Origin: Heteronotia binoei
Lineage: Eukaryota
Length of the DNA: 64,000 nt
Direction of reading: 5' to 3'
NCBI RefSeq assembly: GCF_032191835.1
Contig: NC_083237.1
Span: 42,036,001 to 42,100,000, forward strand
Below the pieces are notes generated by a model. That model worked only from the letters and a program-made list of their open reading frames with translations, was not told the origin of the DNA and searched no databases. The position numbers and the translations under genes were made by a program. This document shows, in pieces, positions 12,632-23,606 of this stretch (positions are counted from its first letter, which is position 1; every line of letters begins with the position of its first letter).

Positions 12632-13573
12632 TTAAGATAGAAATTTAGTCATGGTCTTTCTAAAAGCCTCTTTAAATTCCCTGTTTCTCAGTGTATATAT
12701 AAATGGATTGATCATGGGAGTCAAGATTGTGTAGAAAACAGAAAAGACTTTGTTCAGATCCTGCAGTTTCTTAGTCTTTGGTAATATGTACACAGTGATG
12801 AGGGTTCCATAGAAAATAGAGACCACAATAAGGTGAGAGGAACAAGTAGAGAATGCCTTGCTCCTGCCACAGTTTGAAGGTATTCTCAAAATGGTGTTGA
12901 TGATGCATACATATGAGGCCAGTGTGAACAACAATGGTGGCAGTGTACATACAGAACCCAAGATGGTCATCACCATTTCTGTCTGCTGAGTGTCACTGTA
13001 TGAGAGCCTTAACAATGGTGCATAATCACAGAAGAAATGGTCAATTTCATTGGGGCCACAGTAGTTCAACTGGGAAGCAAAGAATGTTGTAAATGCACTA
13101 GCCACAATGCCAATCATCCATGAAGTAATGGACAATTGAACACACATCTTGTTATTAATGAGGGTAACATAATAGAGTGGTTTGCATATAGCTACATATC
13201 GGTCATAAGACATTACAGACAAGAGGTAGCTCTCAGCTGTAGCCAAAGTAGCAAAGAAATAGAACTGGATGAAGCATCCACTAAAAGAAATCCTATGATA
13301 GTCACTTATAAAGCTGGCCAAAATCCTAGGAAGGATTGCTGAAGTGTAGCAAGTCTCCAAAATGGATAAGTTGGTCAGAAAAAAGTACATTGGCTTCTGA
13401 AGGTGAGAATTAGTCAGAACTACTGAAGCTATAAGAATGTTCCCAGTCATTGTTACCAGGTAAACTGTGAAAAACACACCAAGGAGGAGATGCTGCTGTT
13501 CTGGAAGAGTCTTGAATCCTATGAGGACAAAGTCAGTGACACTTGTCTGATTGCACCAGTGTGTCTTTGCCAT
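12632..13573 (-). CDS. Olfactory receptor (close paralog of the 1487-2470 gene), 313 aa, intact
   Basis: PMYFFL, MSYDRYVAIC, KAFSTCSSHL, PMINPFIYTLRN; upstream acceptor atttggcag. Confidence 0.97.
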   Translation of the reverse strand: MAKTHWCNQTSVTDFVLIGFKTLPEQQHLLLGVFFTVYLVTMTGNILIASVVLTNSHLQKPMYFFLTNLSILETCYTSAILPRILASFISDYHRISFSGCFIQFYFFATLATAESYLLSVMSYDRYVAICKPLYYVTLINNKMCVQLSITSWMIGIVASAFTTFFASQLNYCGPNEIDHFFCDYAPLLRLSYSDTQQTEMVMTILGSVCTLPPLLFTLASYVCIINTILRIPSNCGRSKAFSTCSSHLIVVSIFYGTLITVYILPKTKKLQDLNKVFSVFYTILTPMINPFIYTLRNREFKEAFRKTMTKFLS

Positions 13574-13849
13574 GAGTAGTTTGATCCAGTGACCTACATA
13601 GAGGCTGCCAAATAAATTACATTGTTAGAATTCAGTGAATCATATCTTACCTAACACCAAATTAATGTCCAAACTGGTCAAGTAAATTGTGTGGAGCGTG
13701 CACTCTTTCTAGTGATCTGTAAAAGCAGATTAGAGGAAGCATTCATGCTATTTGATACCTGTATTTACAAGTCAAAAGTCAAAACAACAGCACAAAAATG
13801 ATTTGTAAAACTTTTATTACAGAATTACCAATTCTGTTTTATAGTATAA

Positions 13850-13963
13850 CCACCCACCTCACAGGGTGACTGTTGTGGGGGAAGGAGATAAAGGAGATTG
13901 TAAGCTGCTCTGAGCCTCTGATTCAGAGAGAAGGGCGGAATATAAATCTGGAATTCTTCTTCT
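13850..13963 (+). mobile_element. 3' fragment of Squam3/MIR-like SINE
   Basis: Matches the 3' part and (ttc)n tail of the copy at 35393. Confidence 0.75.
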
Positions 13964-14180
13964 TAAAAATGTTGCTTGAGTGATAAAATACATACCCATC
14001 TTACTCCAAAGGTTATAGTTCAAATGCAGGAATGAGCTGGATTGAAATAATAAGGCATGTGCATTCAATCAAGTAAAATTGTTATAAAAGGTTGATAATC
14101 TTTGGGGGTTAGAGTGTCTTGTCAAGAACAAAATGCCTACCTAGTGCACACTTCTGTGCAAACAGATCTGTGTTCCTTGG

Positions 14181-14330
14181 TGTGTAGCCATGTCAGTTTG
14201 TAGTAGCAGACCAAAATTCAAGTCCATCAGCACCTTAAATACGATAAAAGTTTCCCATGGTATAAGCTTTTGTGAGTCCAAGCTCACTCTGCAGATTTAT
14301 TCTTATTTGTATCTGACAAAATGAGCTTTG
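14181..14330. mobile_element. Penelope-like pLTR fragment with two opposed decayed hammerhead remnants, cut by a gap
   Basis: ggtataagcttttgtgagtccaagctcactctgcagat (minus-strand remnant) and gtatctgacaaaatgagctttg (plus-strand remnant) directly before the Ns. Confidence 0.6.
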
Positions 14331-14473
14331 NNNNNNNNNNNNNNNNNNNNNNNNNNNNNNNNNNNNNNNNNNNNNNNNNNNNNNNNNNNNNNNNNNNNNN
14401 NNNNNNNNNNNNNNNNNNNNNNNNNNNNNNNNNNNNNNNNNNNNNNNNNNNNNNNNNNNNNNNNNNNNNNNNN
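14331..14473. other. Assembly gap (N run)
   Basis: Run of n. Confidence 1.
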
Positions 14474-16871
14474 CTATGGTGCAATTTATATAGTGCTTCT
14501 CTACTATCTACAACTACTTCTGGAAAATTATCAGAATTAATATTCTTGGTACAGTCTCTACCCATTAATGTATTTCATAGATATTTGGTGGTATTCAGCC
14601 AGGCTTTTCACTCAATAAACTCCAATTCCCCTCCATGATGTCTCTCATTCCAAGTGACTTTTGTCCATGCATTTCCTGTGAGCGCCAGCATATTCTTTTT
14701 TGGCTGGTCTTTTCTCAACAATGAGATATGAATGGCACCTTCTGGTAGGTTAGTAGGTAGGTAGAATTTTATCACATGAGGCCAAAGGCCATAACGATAT
14801 AACAACAGCTGCCCAAGCAGTAATAAATACTACAGTAAAAATGCAACAAAGTTAAAAACCAATGTTAAGGATCAAGATATAACATAGAACACAGCACATT
14901 GAATGTCAGGATAAAAGTTTTTCCTGAATCTTCTTGGCAGCCAATCATACAGTGACATCACATAGGTGACATAATGGCATAATGAGCATCATCAGAGAAG
15001 AGGTAGACAATTGAGGTCTGCCATTGAATGAAAGGCTAGCCTGGCTAAAATGGCTGCAAGGAACTTGGCTCTGGGAACCAAGTAAAGGTCACAAAACAGG
15101 ACATAATGAGGGAGATAATCCAGTTCTGGGCGGGCTCCACACATGCATACTCAACTGGAGCATGCTAATAACAGTCAACTAACATGGTGGCTGTCATTGT
15201 TTGAAATCTGAGGACTGTGAAGGCTTCTCTGAGTTTGAGGAAGGTGATGCTGGTCAAATAGGAAGATCTGGAGTGATCCTGTTTGAGCAATTTAAACCAT
15301 GGGGGAAATCTAGAATTGATAATAATTCCCCTATCTAAGGCAGCATCTATATTGAATATCAGATTCTGAGATCTGAACCCATCCAGAGGGAAGCCCTGGA
15401 GGTCAACAAGTATTCAGTAATAGTAGAAAAGCCTGTGGTAGCTGGCAATTTTACTTGTTTCACTTATAACTGCCATGCCATGCTGGCTGGAACATCTTTA
15501 TGAAATGTCCTCATACGGAATCAAACCAATGATCTTCATTTTCTAAATAATTCCTTAAAACTTCTCCTCCTCAATACTTTTAACTACTAACATCTGAACA
15601 ACCCATTTATGTGTACTATAAAACCAACAGTATATCTACAGATTGTTATGCTAGATGTGCAATACCCATCTGATGATTTTATTATACTTTTAGAAATCTC
15701 TCTGTCATGCAGAAACCCATAAAAGCACAGAGAAAGATTCACCTTCATATATGCTCCTCCATCACTACTATGATTGCTTCCGTAGCAGGCCAGGAGTACT
15801 CAGTATGGATCCTGTGGTCAATTTCCATATATTTCTTAAAATGTGTGTCTATGGATAAAGACATATTCCAATCTGCATTATAATATTCCAGGCCATACTT
15901 TATGTGGTTTGGAAGCCCATTCAAAAAATGTACAGTTGTGTTCCTGTGGTTATCTTTCCACAGAATGCAATCTCTCTGGGCACTTTTGACACAAGGAGTT
16001 ATATATTCACCTGATATAAACAAGCTGAAACACAAGCATATGCGAAAATACTACTGGAGTGAAAATGCTGTAGTAGAATTCCCCCAGGACATTAGTTCTC
16101 CAAAGGACGTGGAATCACAGTTTTTGTAAACTCACACAATATTCCCCAAGGAATATGGGTAAAATATACTTGAAAATCAAAATACGACTGTTTGGGGCCC
16201 TTTTTTATTATATTTCAACATAGAGATCACCCAAATAAACTGACCAAGGAAAACAATTAACCTTTCTAATGGAATGTGTAATGCTAGAATTCGCTGGCAT
16301 CTCTCACATAGATGACATTTAAAAGGGTTAGACAACCACGTATGGAGGAAAGGTCTATTGACATCTAGGAGTTATGATAACTAACTGGAACTCCAGGTTG
16401 AGTGGCAGTGTACTCTGAAAACACTCCTGACACCAGAAAACCCCACCTTCCACATAAGTAAAGACTGTGCTATTAATGCATTGCAAGAAATGTCCTGTTT
16501 AACAGTAAATTAATGCATCACTGAAACATTTTGAGAAAAGAGAAGCCCCCCCCCCCCTCTGTGGTTACCAGAAAATAGAACTGCTGCTGTGTTATATGAC
16601 CCTTATCTGATGTGGCATGAAATGACAGACTAGGAGCATCATAATGTCTTAATGAGTGTGCACATTTAGATATATGTGCCTGGTGCAGCCCATCAACATC
16701 CCCCAAAGATGGGCATTTGGAGATTCTGGGAAAAGAAGGTAAACTCCTGAAGAATTGAAATTTTAGAAATTCAAGTCACACTGAGCATGAATTGAATCCC
16801 CCCAACATTAAAAATTATCCTATCTTTATTCCTTCACAGAATTTAAGGAAGGATATAGAAGGGTCCCCAGA

Positions 16872-17078
16872 ACTTTTGACAGTCTCCAGGTGGGGCCTGG
16901 AGATCTCCCACTTTTACAACTGATCTCCAGCTGGCAGTGATCAGCTCCCCTGGAGAAAACAGGCTGTTTTGATGGGCGGACTCTGTAGCATGCTGAGGCA
17001 CCTCCCTTCCCCAAACTCCTCTCTCTCCCAAATCTACCCCAAAAGTTTCCAGGTATTTGCCAACACAAGCTGGTATTA
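16872..17078. mobile_element. hAT-type MITE (TAGGGTTGCCA family), decayed ends
   Basis: ctccaggtggggcctggagatctccc...tgatctccag...cccctggagaaaa; a reverse-orientation relative lies at 35017. Confidence 0.7.
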
Positions 17079-18217
17079 TGGACTTTTAAATCACACCAAA
17101 ATACAGTGATCCTCAACATGGTGTCCATAGGTACTGTAACCCTTCCAATTAGTTCCTTCTTCATCAAAGCACAGAACAAATTCTCACTTTCTTACTCCTC
17201 ATTGAAGGAGGAAGTGCTTCACAAGAGACCAGGAAGGCATAACTATTATGTCTGCAGTGAGCACCTATTTAGAGGCAGTTACCATCATCATAGGAGGATG
17301 TCAGCCTAGAACTTTCCAATATTTGGCTTTGGCTCACATGGCAGGCATTTTTGGTGTTGTCTGCTCAATATTCTCAAAATTCCAGAAGCGCCACAGGAAT
17401 AACAAGGTTGGGGACTCTGTGCTGGGACATAGCAAATAGGGATGGTTCAAAGGTATTATTTATTTAAAACCTGGATTTTATTTAAACTCAATCAAGGTAG
17501 AAATGTAAACCACCAGGTTGGTAAGAAAAGAAAAGGAAGGAAGGAAATTGTAGTTTATATAACCATAATCCGGCCGCTTCCCGCCCATGCCGACGCATGG
17601 CGGCTTTAGGGCGGGGGGCCGCTTTTGCCTCCCTGGATGGAGCCGAGGCAAGCGGACCTCCTCTATCCGAGGATGAGCGGGCGCGGTCTGGGGGCTTTAT
17701 AAGCCCGACCACGCCCGGACTTACACACTTTTGCAGGCTGTTTTGGAGCAAGGGAGCGTGTGTCTCCCGGCTCCACGTAGCGGCCTGTGAAGCGCCGTGC
17801 GACGGGCCTTGCGGCGGCGATGCCTGTCGGAGCGGCGCATCTTCGGAGTGGCTTAGCCCATCGGGTCCTATGGCAGTGACTGCCGACGGCGCGGCGCATT
17901 TGGAGCGGCTTAGCCTCTCGGGACCATCGGGTCCTGGGGCTGCTGGTAGCTGGGTTTTGGGGCAGCGTGGCCTTTGGGTGTGGCTCTCTTGCGGCACGGG
18001 GTGGCGTGCCCTGATGAGGGGAAGCAGGCCTTCATTTCTTTTCTAAAAGGAGCATAATCCCCCTCCCCCCTCCCATAATTCTTGTTAGTGGACCTTTGGT
18101 TCGCCGGAGGGGGTTGCCCTGGTGGTATCAAGACACCCCGGGAGGGCAGTGACCCAGTTCCCTAGGGCTCTGGTTGAGGAGGGAGTGGGCAGTTCCTTTG
18201 ATCATTGTGTGCCCACT

Positions 18218-19748
18218 ATGGCCCCCAAGAAAGGCCAAGGAAAGCCCAAGGGCAAGCAGCCTTTAAAGACTGCACCAACGAGGCCTGTTGCAGTGGATCG
18301 CCCTGGGGAAGAGGAGGAGGCCAATACCAGGCAGGCCATAGTTGATAGGCTTGCCGCCTTGGAGCGGCAACATGGGTTGGTTCCCGGGTCTTCTGGTCCG
18401 GCACGGGGGCACAAAGCCGCACGGACATCCACCAGGGCCTTTGAACAGGAGGTCCTGGCTCGTCTTTCTACTCTGCAGGACATGTCGGCCCAGCCTGGCC
18501 CTTCGGGTGGGCCCAGCCAAGAGCCACCCGATAACACCATGGATTCAGAAGCAGAAGGTAACCCCTCGGAGGGGCTTGCTCGCCCAGGTCGAGGCGGCAG
18601 CTCGGCGCCTATTGTGTGGCGGTTGGTGTGGATGATTCGGACGGTAAGCAAGGGCGGCCGGGTAACTCCGGTGTTTGGCCTTGGGGCGGTTGGGGCCCCC
18701 TTTATTCGGCCGGACCAGCCGTTCACCCGCCTGTGTTGGGCACGGGAGCAACTGGGGGGTCTTTGGGCTTTCCAGGAGCGATAGGCAGCTTCGGTCCTTT
18801 CGGGCAGGGGCAGATTCTGCCTTGGGGCCCGTCGCAGGTGTCGGCGACGGCCTCTACTTCTTCTTCATCACTGGAGGCCCCGAGTCAGCAGTCCTCCAGC
18901 GGGTCTCTGCCATGGGGACAGCAGTGGGGTAGTCAATGGTCCCCCGGATCGCCAATTGCTCAGTGGGGGGGATGGAGTTGGCCCACGACCCCCTTTGGGT
19001 CAGTACCCTTCCAATGTCGCCCTTTTGGCGACACGGCCATGCCGTTAGAGGATCACTTGACCGTGGCCACTAGGGAGAAGATTCTACGTGGGAAATATGT
19101 CGACGTTTTTAGCCTTCTTTATCGGGAGCTCGAGAAGAAGGATAAAGATGAATTAGACGAAAAAGATAAGGAAAAAATCAAACGCAGAAAGGTTGAGAGG
19201 AACTGGGCAAATTGGTTGCCCCGGTTCCTGATTTATGCTGGGGTTATAGCGCGTGCACAGCCTTTATGGGCGGCACCGCTATTCCAGTATTGTGACATCG
19301 TGTACAAGGCTTACACGGATTTCTCGGGTGCAGCGTGGCTGCAGTATGACAAGGAATTCTGAATTAGGGCTGCTCTGAACCCCGCCATCCCTTGGGACCA
19401 GATCAACCAGCAGCTATGGCTGCAGCTTATGTCCCCAGCCAAGCCCAACACTGGGGACAGGTCTGACAGTGGCCACCTTGTGAACAAACAGGCGAGCATG
19501 TCGGGTCCCCATGCAGCAGCGGGCAGTCGGTTCAACCCCAGCTTCTGTGTTGGGAGTACACATCCCAGGGGGTCTGCAACAGGAAAGCATGCAAATACAA
19601 GCACGAGTGTCTGTTACACGGAGGTTTGCATGCACTGTCAGAGTGCAACAAGTCCAAACCCCGCGTGGGGGGTAAGCGGCCAGGCGGTGGCAGGAACACC
19701 CAAGCTGTTAACAAAGGGTCCCAGACCCATCAAGGTGAGGATTCTTAG
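18218..19748 (+). pseudogene. YR element B ORF1 (gag-like), frameshifted
   Basis: MAPKKGQGKPKGKQP...DRLAALE; conserved EDHL..ATREKILRG.YVDVFSLL / WANWLPRF block; decayed finger region. Confidence 0.85.
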
Positions 19749-21323
19749 GAACCTTTTGGCCAATTATCCCAAAGTCAGGGATGGGGTATATTTGTTGGAG
19801 GGTTTTCTTTATGGTTTTCGTATTCCATTTCAGGGGCCCAGAGGCCCCTGTATGGCCAAGAATTTGCAGTCTATCAGGGGTATGGAACAGGTGGTTAAGG
19901 ATAAGATTGGGAAGGAGTGCAAGGAGGGTCGGGTATTAGGCCCTTTTGACTCACCCCCAGTCCCCAATTTGCAGATATCCCCTTTGGGGGTAGTGCCTAA
20001 AAAAGCGCCCGGGGAGTTTCGGTTGATTCACCACCTTTCCTACCCAAAAGGCGGGTTTGTGAATGATGCCATTCCAGACTCCCTTTGTACAGTCCGGTAC
20101 ACCTCCTTCGACCAGGCAGTTAGGGTCGTTCATAGGTGCGGAGTTGGGGCTGAAATGGCGAAATGCGACATCAAGTCGGCGTTTCACCTGTTGCCGGTGC
20201 ACCCCCACGATTTTGAACTCCTTGGTTTTAAGTTTGAAGGGAGGTTTTATATGGACCAGGCTTTTGCCTATGGGGTGTGCTATCTCTTGTTCAGCTTTTG
20301 AACGTTTTAGCACGTTCCTGGAATGGGCTTTGCGTGAGCGGTCTGGCTCCGCTAATACGGTTCATTATTTGGATGTTTTTTTGTTTGCGGGCCCACGGGG
20401 GTCAGGGCAATGTGCCCGATTGCTGCATTCCTTTTTGCGGTTGGCGGAGGACCTTGGTGTCCCCCTCGCCCACGAAAAGACCGAGGGCCCGACTTCAGTT
20501 TTGACTTTTTTTGGGCATCGAATTAGACTCAGTGCAGCAGGCTTCTAGGTTGCCGGCCGAAAAAATCAATGGGTTAAGGCAGAAACTGGGAGCGGTGAAA
20601 GGCAAGCGTAAGATTTTGCTTTTGGAGCTTCAGCAGATCGTGGGCCACCTCAACTTTGCCTGCAAGGTTGTGGCACCGGGGAGGGCATTCTTATGGCATC
20701 TGTGTGACGCTACGTCCGTGTTGCAGATGCCCCATCATTGGGTCAGGATTACCCAGGGAATGAGGCAGGATCTTGAGGTCTGGGACCATTTCCTGTCTGA
20801 CTTCAACGGGGTGTCTTTCTGGCGTGAGGATATGAGGATCGAGGCTGAGCTTCAGATCACATCGGACGCTGCAGGTTCGATCGGTTTTGGGGTTTATTTT
20901 CGGGGTCACTGGTGCGCTGAGGGTTGGCCCGCTGAATGGCTTGCCAGTGACCTGTGCTGTAATTTGACTTTTTTGGAATTTTTTCCAATAGTTGTAGCAG
21001 TTCAGTTATGGGGTGAGGACTTGGCCTATCACGTCGTACATTTTTGGTGCTACAACCTGGCCGTCGTTCATGTGATTAATACCCTGACTTCCAAATCGGT
21101 TCCTGTTATGCGCCTGGTTAGGGCATTTACTTTACATTGTTTACATTTGAATATTTTATTCCTTGCTAAGCACGTGCCCGGTGTGTGCAACGGAGTTGTG
21201 GATGCTCTGTCTCGTCGGCAGATGGAGCGATTTCAACTCCTGGCACCAGAGGCCGACCTCCTGCTGGCTCGGATGCCCCCAGAGATGTGGCGGCTTGGAG
21301 AGTTGAGGCCGACTGGGCAATGA
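19700..21323 (+). pseudogene. YR element B RT/RNase H, frameshifted
   Basis: SPLGVVPKK, CDIKSAF, LPMGCAIS, HYLDV (decayed YLDD), SDAAGS, FLEFFP, VDALSRR. Confidence 0.92.
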
Positions 21324-22210
21324 TGCTAGCTTTGGCGCCTTCTACCCGGAAGGCCTACGATCGCTCTGTTGAGCAGTTCCAGGCCTTTAGGGAGCAGGTA
21401 GGGTTGGCCGACCGTTGGCCCGTACCAGTGTCCCACCTTATGCAGTTCTGTGTTTTTCTGAAAGGTAAGGGGCTTGTGGTTAAGACTATTCGAGCCAAGC
21501 TGGCAGCCCTAGCGTTCACTTGTAAAATAAGAGGTTTACCTGACACTTCGGACGATTTCAGACTATGTAAGATGTTGGAGGGTTGGGCCTGCGAACAGGG
21601 GCCCCGGTCTGACACCCAACAACCCTTTTCTCTTTCAGTCTTGAGGGGTCTTAAGGCTGTATGGTCTTCAGTCTGTTTTTCAGAGTTTGAAGCTGTATTG
21701 TTCCAGGCGGCTGCGATGACTGCCTTTTTGGGGGCCCTCAGGGTTAGTGAGTTGGTGGTCAGCTCATGAAGGGATCGCTCCAGGCGTGCCCTACAGTCTG
21801 GTGACTTAAAAATTTGGGGGGACCACGTAGCCATTAAGGTACGCAAGTCCAAGACCGACCAAAGACAGAGAGGTATGTTTATCACCTTGGGATCGTGTCT
21901 TGATCGGAAAATTTGTCCAGTGGTGGCACTGAAAGACTACATTGCTGTTCAGGGAGACGAGGTGAGTCCTTTATTTTGCCATGAGGACAGGTCTCCGCTG
22001 ACCAAATTTCAATTTTGGTTCATAACCAGCCGAGCCTTGGATAAGCTAGGCCTTGGTGGCGTACGGTTCAGGACCCACTCTTTTCGTATCAGGGCAGCAT
22101 CTACAGCCGCTGCCATGGGGTATCCGGAACCTGCCATTCAGCACGTGGGGCGGTAGAAGTCTACGGCATACAAGAGTTATGTCCGGCCTATTCTTCACTG
22201 CCGGCGCTAG
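21290..22210 (+). pseudogene. YR element B tyrosine recombinase (in-frame stops)
   Basis: LALAPSTRKAY, LRVSEL, KSKTDQ, THSFR, GR*(W), AYKSY; TGA at 21767 and TAG at 22154. Confidence 0.92.
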
Positions 22211-22253
22211 CTTGTTACTTTTATTCTTGGTTACTTTGTTCTTTATTTTTCAG
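22211..22253 (+). promoter_or_regulatory. Candidate 3' splice acceptor for ORF4 (element B)
   Basis: Long T-rich tract ending ttttttcag|GTGCTGTGGC; the same junction occurs in element C. Confidence 0.65.
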
Positions 22254-22855
22254 GTGCTGTGGCGCAGGGCAAGAGAAGGAGGATTTTGATCGCCAGCCAC
22301 AGCATGATATTTTGGGCTGCCCACCAGGCTTGGCGTTCACCCATTGGATTGCAGTTGGGCGTCAGCAAGTGGGCAGTCGTTGAGTGGCAGGGGTGTCGTG
22401 GTCTCCGTTGGGATGGACTCCTGCCTCTTTTGTTTCAGGGGAGGAACGGTCCTCCGCCTCAGATTCTGGTGATTCACCTTGGGGGTAACAATCTTGGCCT
22501 GGTGAAGGGGAGGGCCCTGTCACTCCAGGCGATCAAAGACTTCAAGGTGATACAGAGCAGGTGGCCTGAGGTGCTAATTTTGTGGTCCACCATCCTTTCT
22601 CGCCGGGTGTGGAGAGCGGCTTGGGACCCTGCTGGGGTCGAGCGAGCTAGACGTAAGGCCAACAAGGCGATTAAGAAGGCGCTTTGTGGAGGCCTAGGCG
22701 TGTATCTGCCCCACCCGGCTATTAGGTCAGATAGGGCGGACCTGTATTGGCAGGATGGCATCCACCTGTCCATAGTGGGCAACAGGGCGTTTTTGCTTGA
22801 ACTACAGCTGGGGCTTCAACTGGCTTTAGGCCAGCTGGTGGGCCCAAGTGCCTAA
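22254..22855 (+). CDS. YR element B ORF4, SGNH/GDSL-hydrolase-like
   Basis: Open frame with block I-like SHS, GxRG, LVIHLGGNN and DGIH; begins at a splice acceptor; no ATG between the YR stop and block I. Confidence 0.8.
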
Positions 22856-23606
22856 GCGGAGGCTTGGCATTGTGGTGGCGGGACTTTAATTCGGTATGCT
22901 TATTTGGTATGCACCCACGGTTTTCCCGGTTTAGTAGCGGGGGCAGACGGCAGCGGGGCTGTACGGCTCTCTGCTGTCTTGCCCGCTACAGGGTTACCTC
23001 ATCTGGCAGGCCAGTCTTGGGTGGGCGGCATAGCCATTTGGGGGGATACCCGGCCTCTGCCGGCCTGGCAGCAGCCGGTTTAAATGGGCTGCTGCTGGGG
23101 GCTGGGTGGCTCACCCCATTCCGGACAGGGAAGGGTCTGGGTGTTTTCCCTTGGCCTGTCCAGTTAGTTGTTAGGTTGCCCCAAGCTGTTTGGTTCAATA
23201 AAGTTGCCCTGTTTTATACCCATATACCGTGTTGTCTTGTTCTTCTGACTGGGGGGGGGGGGGCAATTTAATTTTTGTTACATATATTACTTAGTCCATA
23301 AGGCCACCAGGGTCAACCAAAATATACAAGGGTAAAGAAAGTAATAACCAATCTCTTTTTGAAAATAGAAATGCCATAGGTGATCAGAATGCATCCATAG
23401 CACAAACTGGAATTTGTAAGATCCTTTTAAGACATAAAAATAACATTGTTATAGCATTTCTGGAGATATATTTTTGTTCATCAGCATCCATTAAAACAGA
23501 AAAAAATATTTTTAGAATTAATTTATTTAATGCATTCCAGTATTTCTCTTATATTAAGATTCATAATCTGGGCCCCATGTTACAGTTTCTAATTTTGCTT
23601 CTGTTT

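Larger units (their letters stand above)
17560..23264 (+). mobile_element. Ngaro-like YR retrotransposon B (all four ORFs present, decayed)
   Basis: gag, RT/RH, YR and SGNH ORF4 in order; AATAAA at 23197-23202; terminal G13-C. 5' boundary approximate. Confidence 0.93.

Noticed and set aside
18011-18045. CTGATGAG hammerhead-like core in the leader of element B
   Set aside because: No GAAA after the putative stem II.
17560-23264. Classification as DIRS1-type with methyltransferase and ITR/ICR
   Set aside because: RNase H runs directly into YR with no methyltransferase domain, no ITRs were found, and the SGNH ORF fits the Ngaro group.
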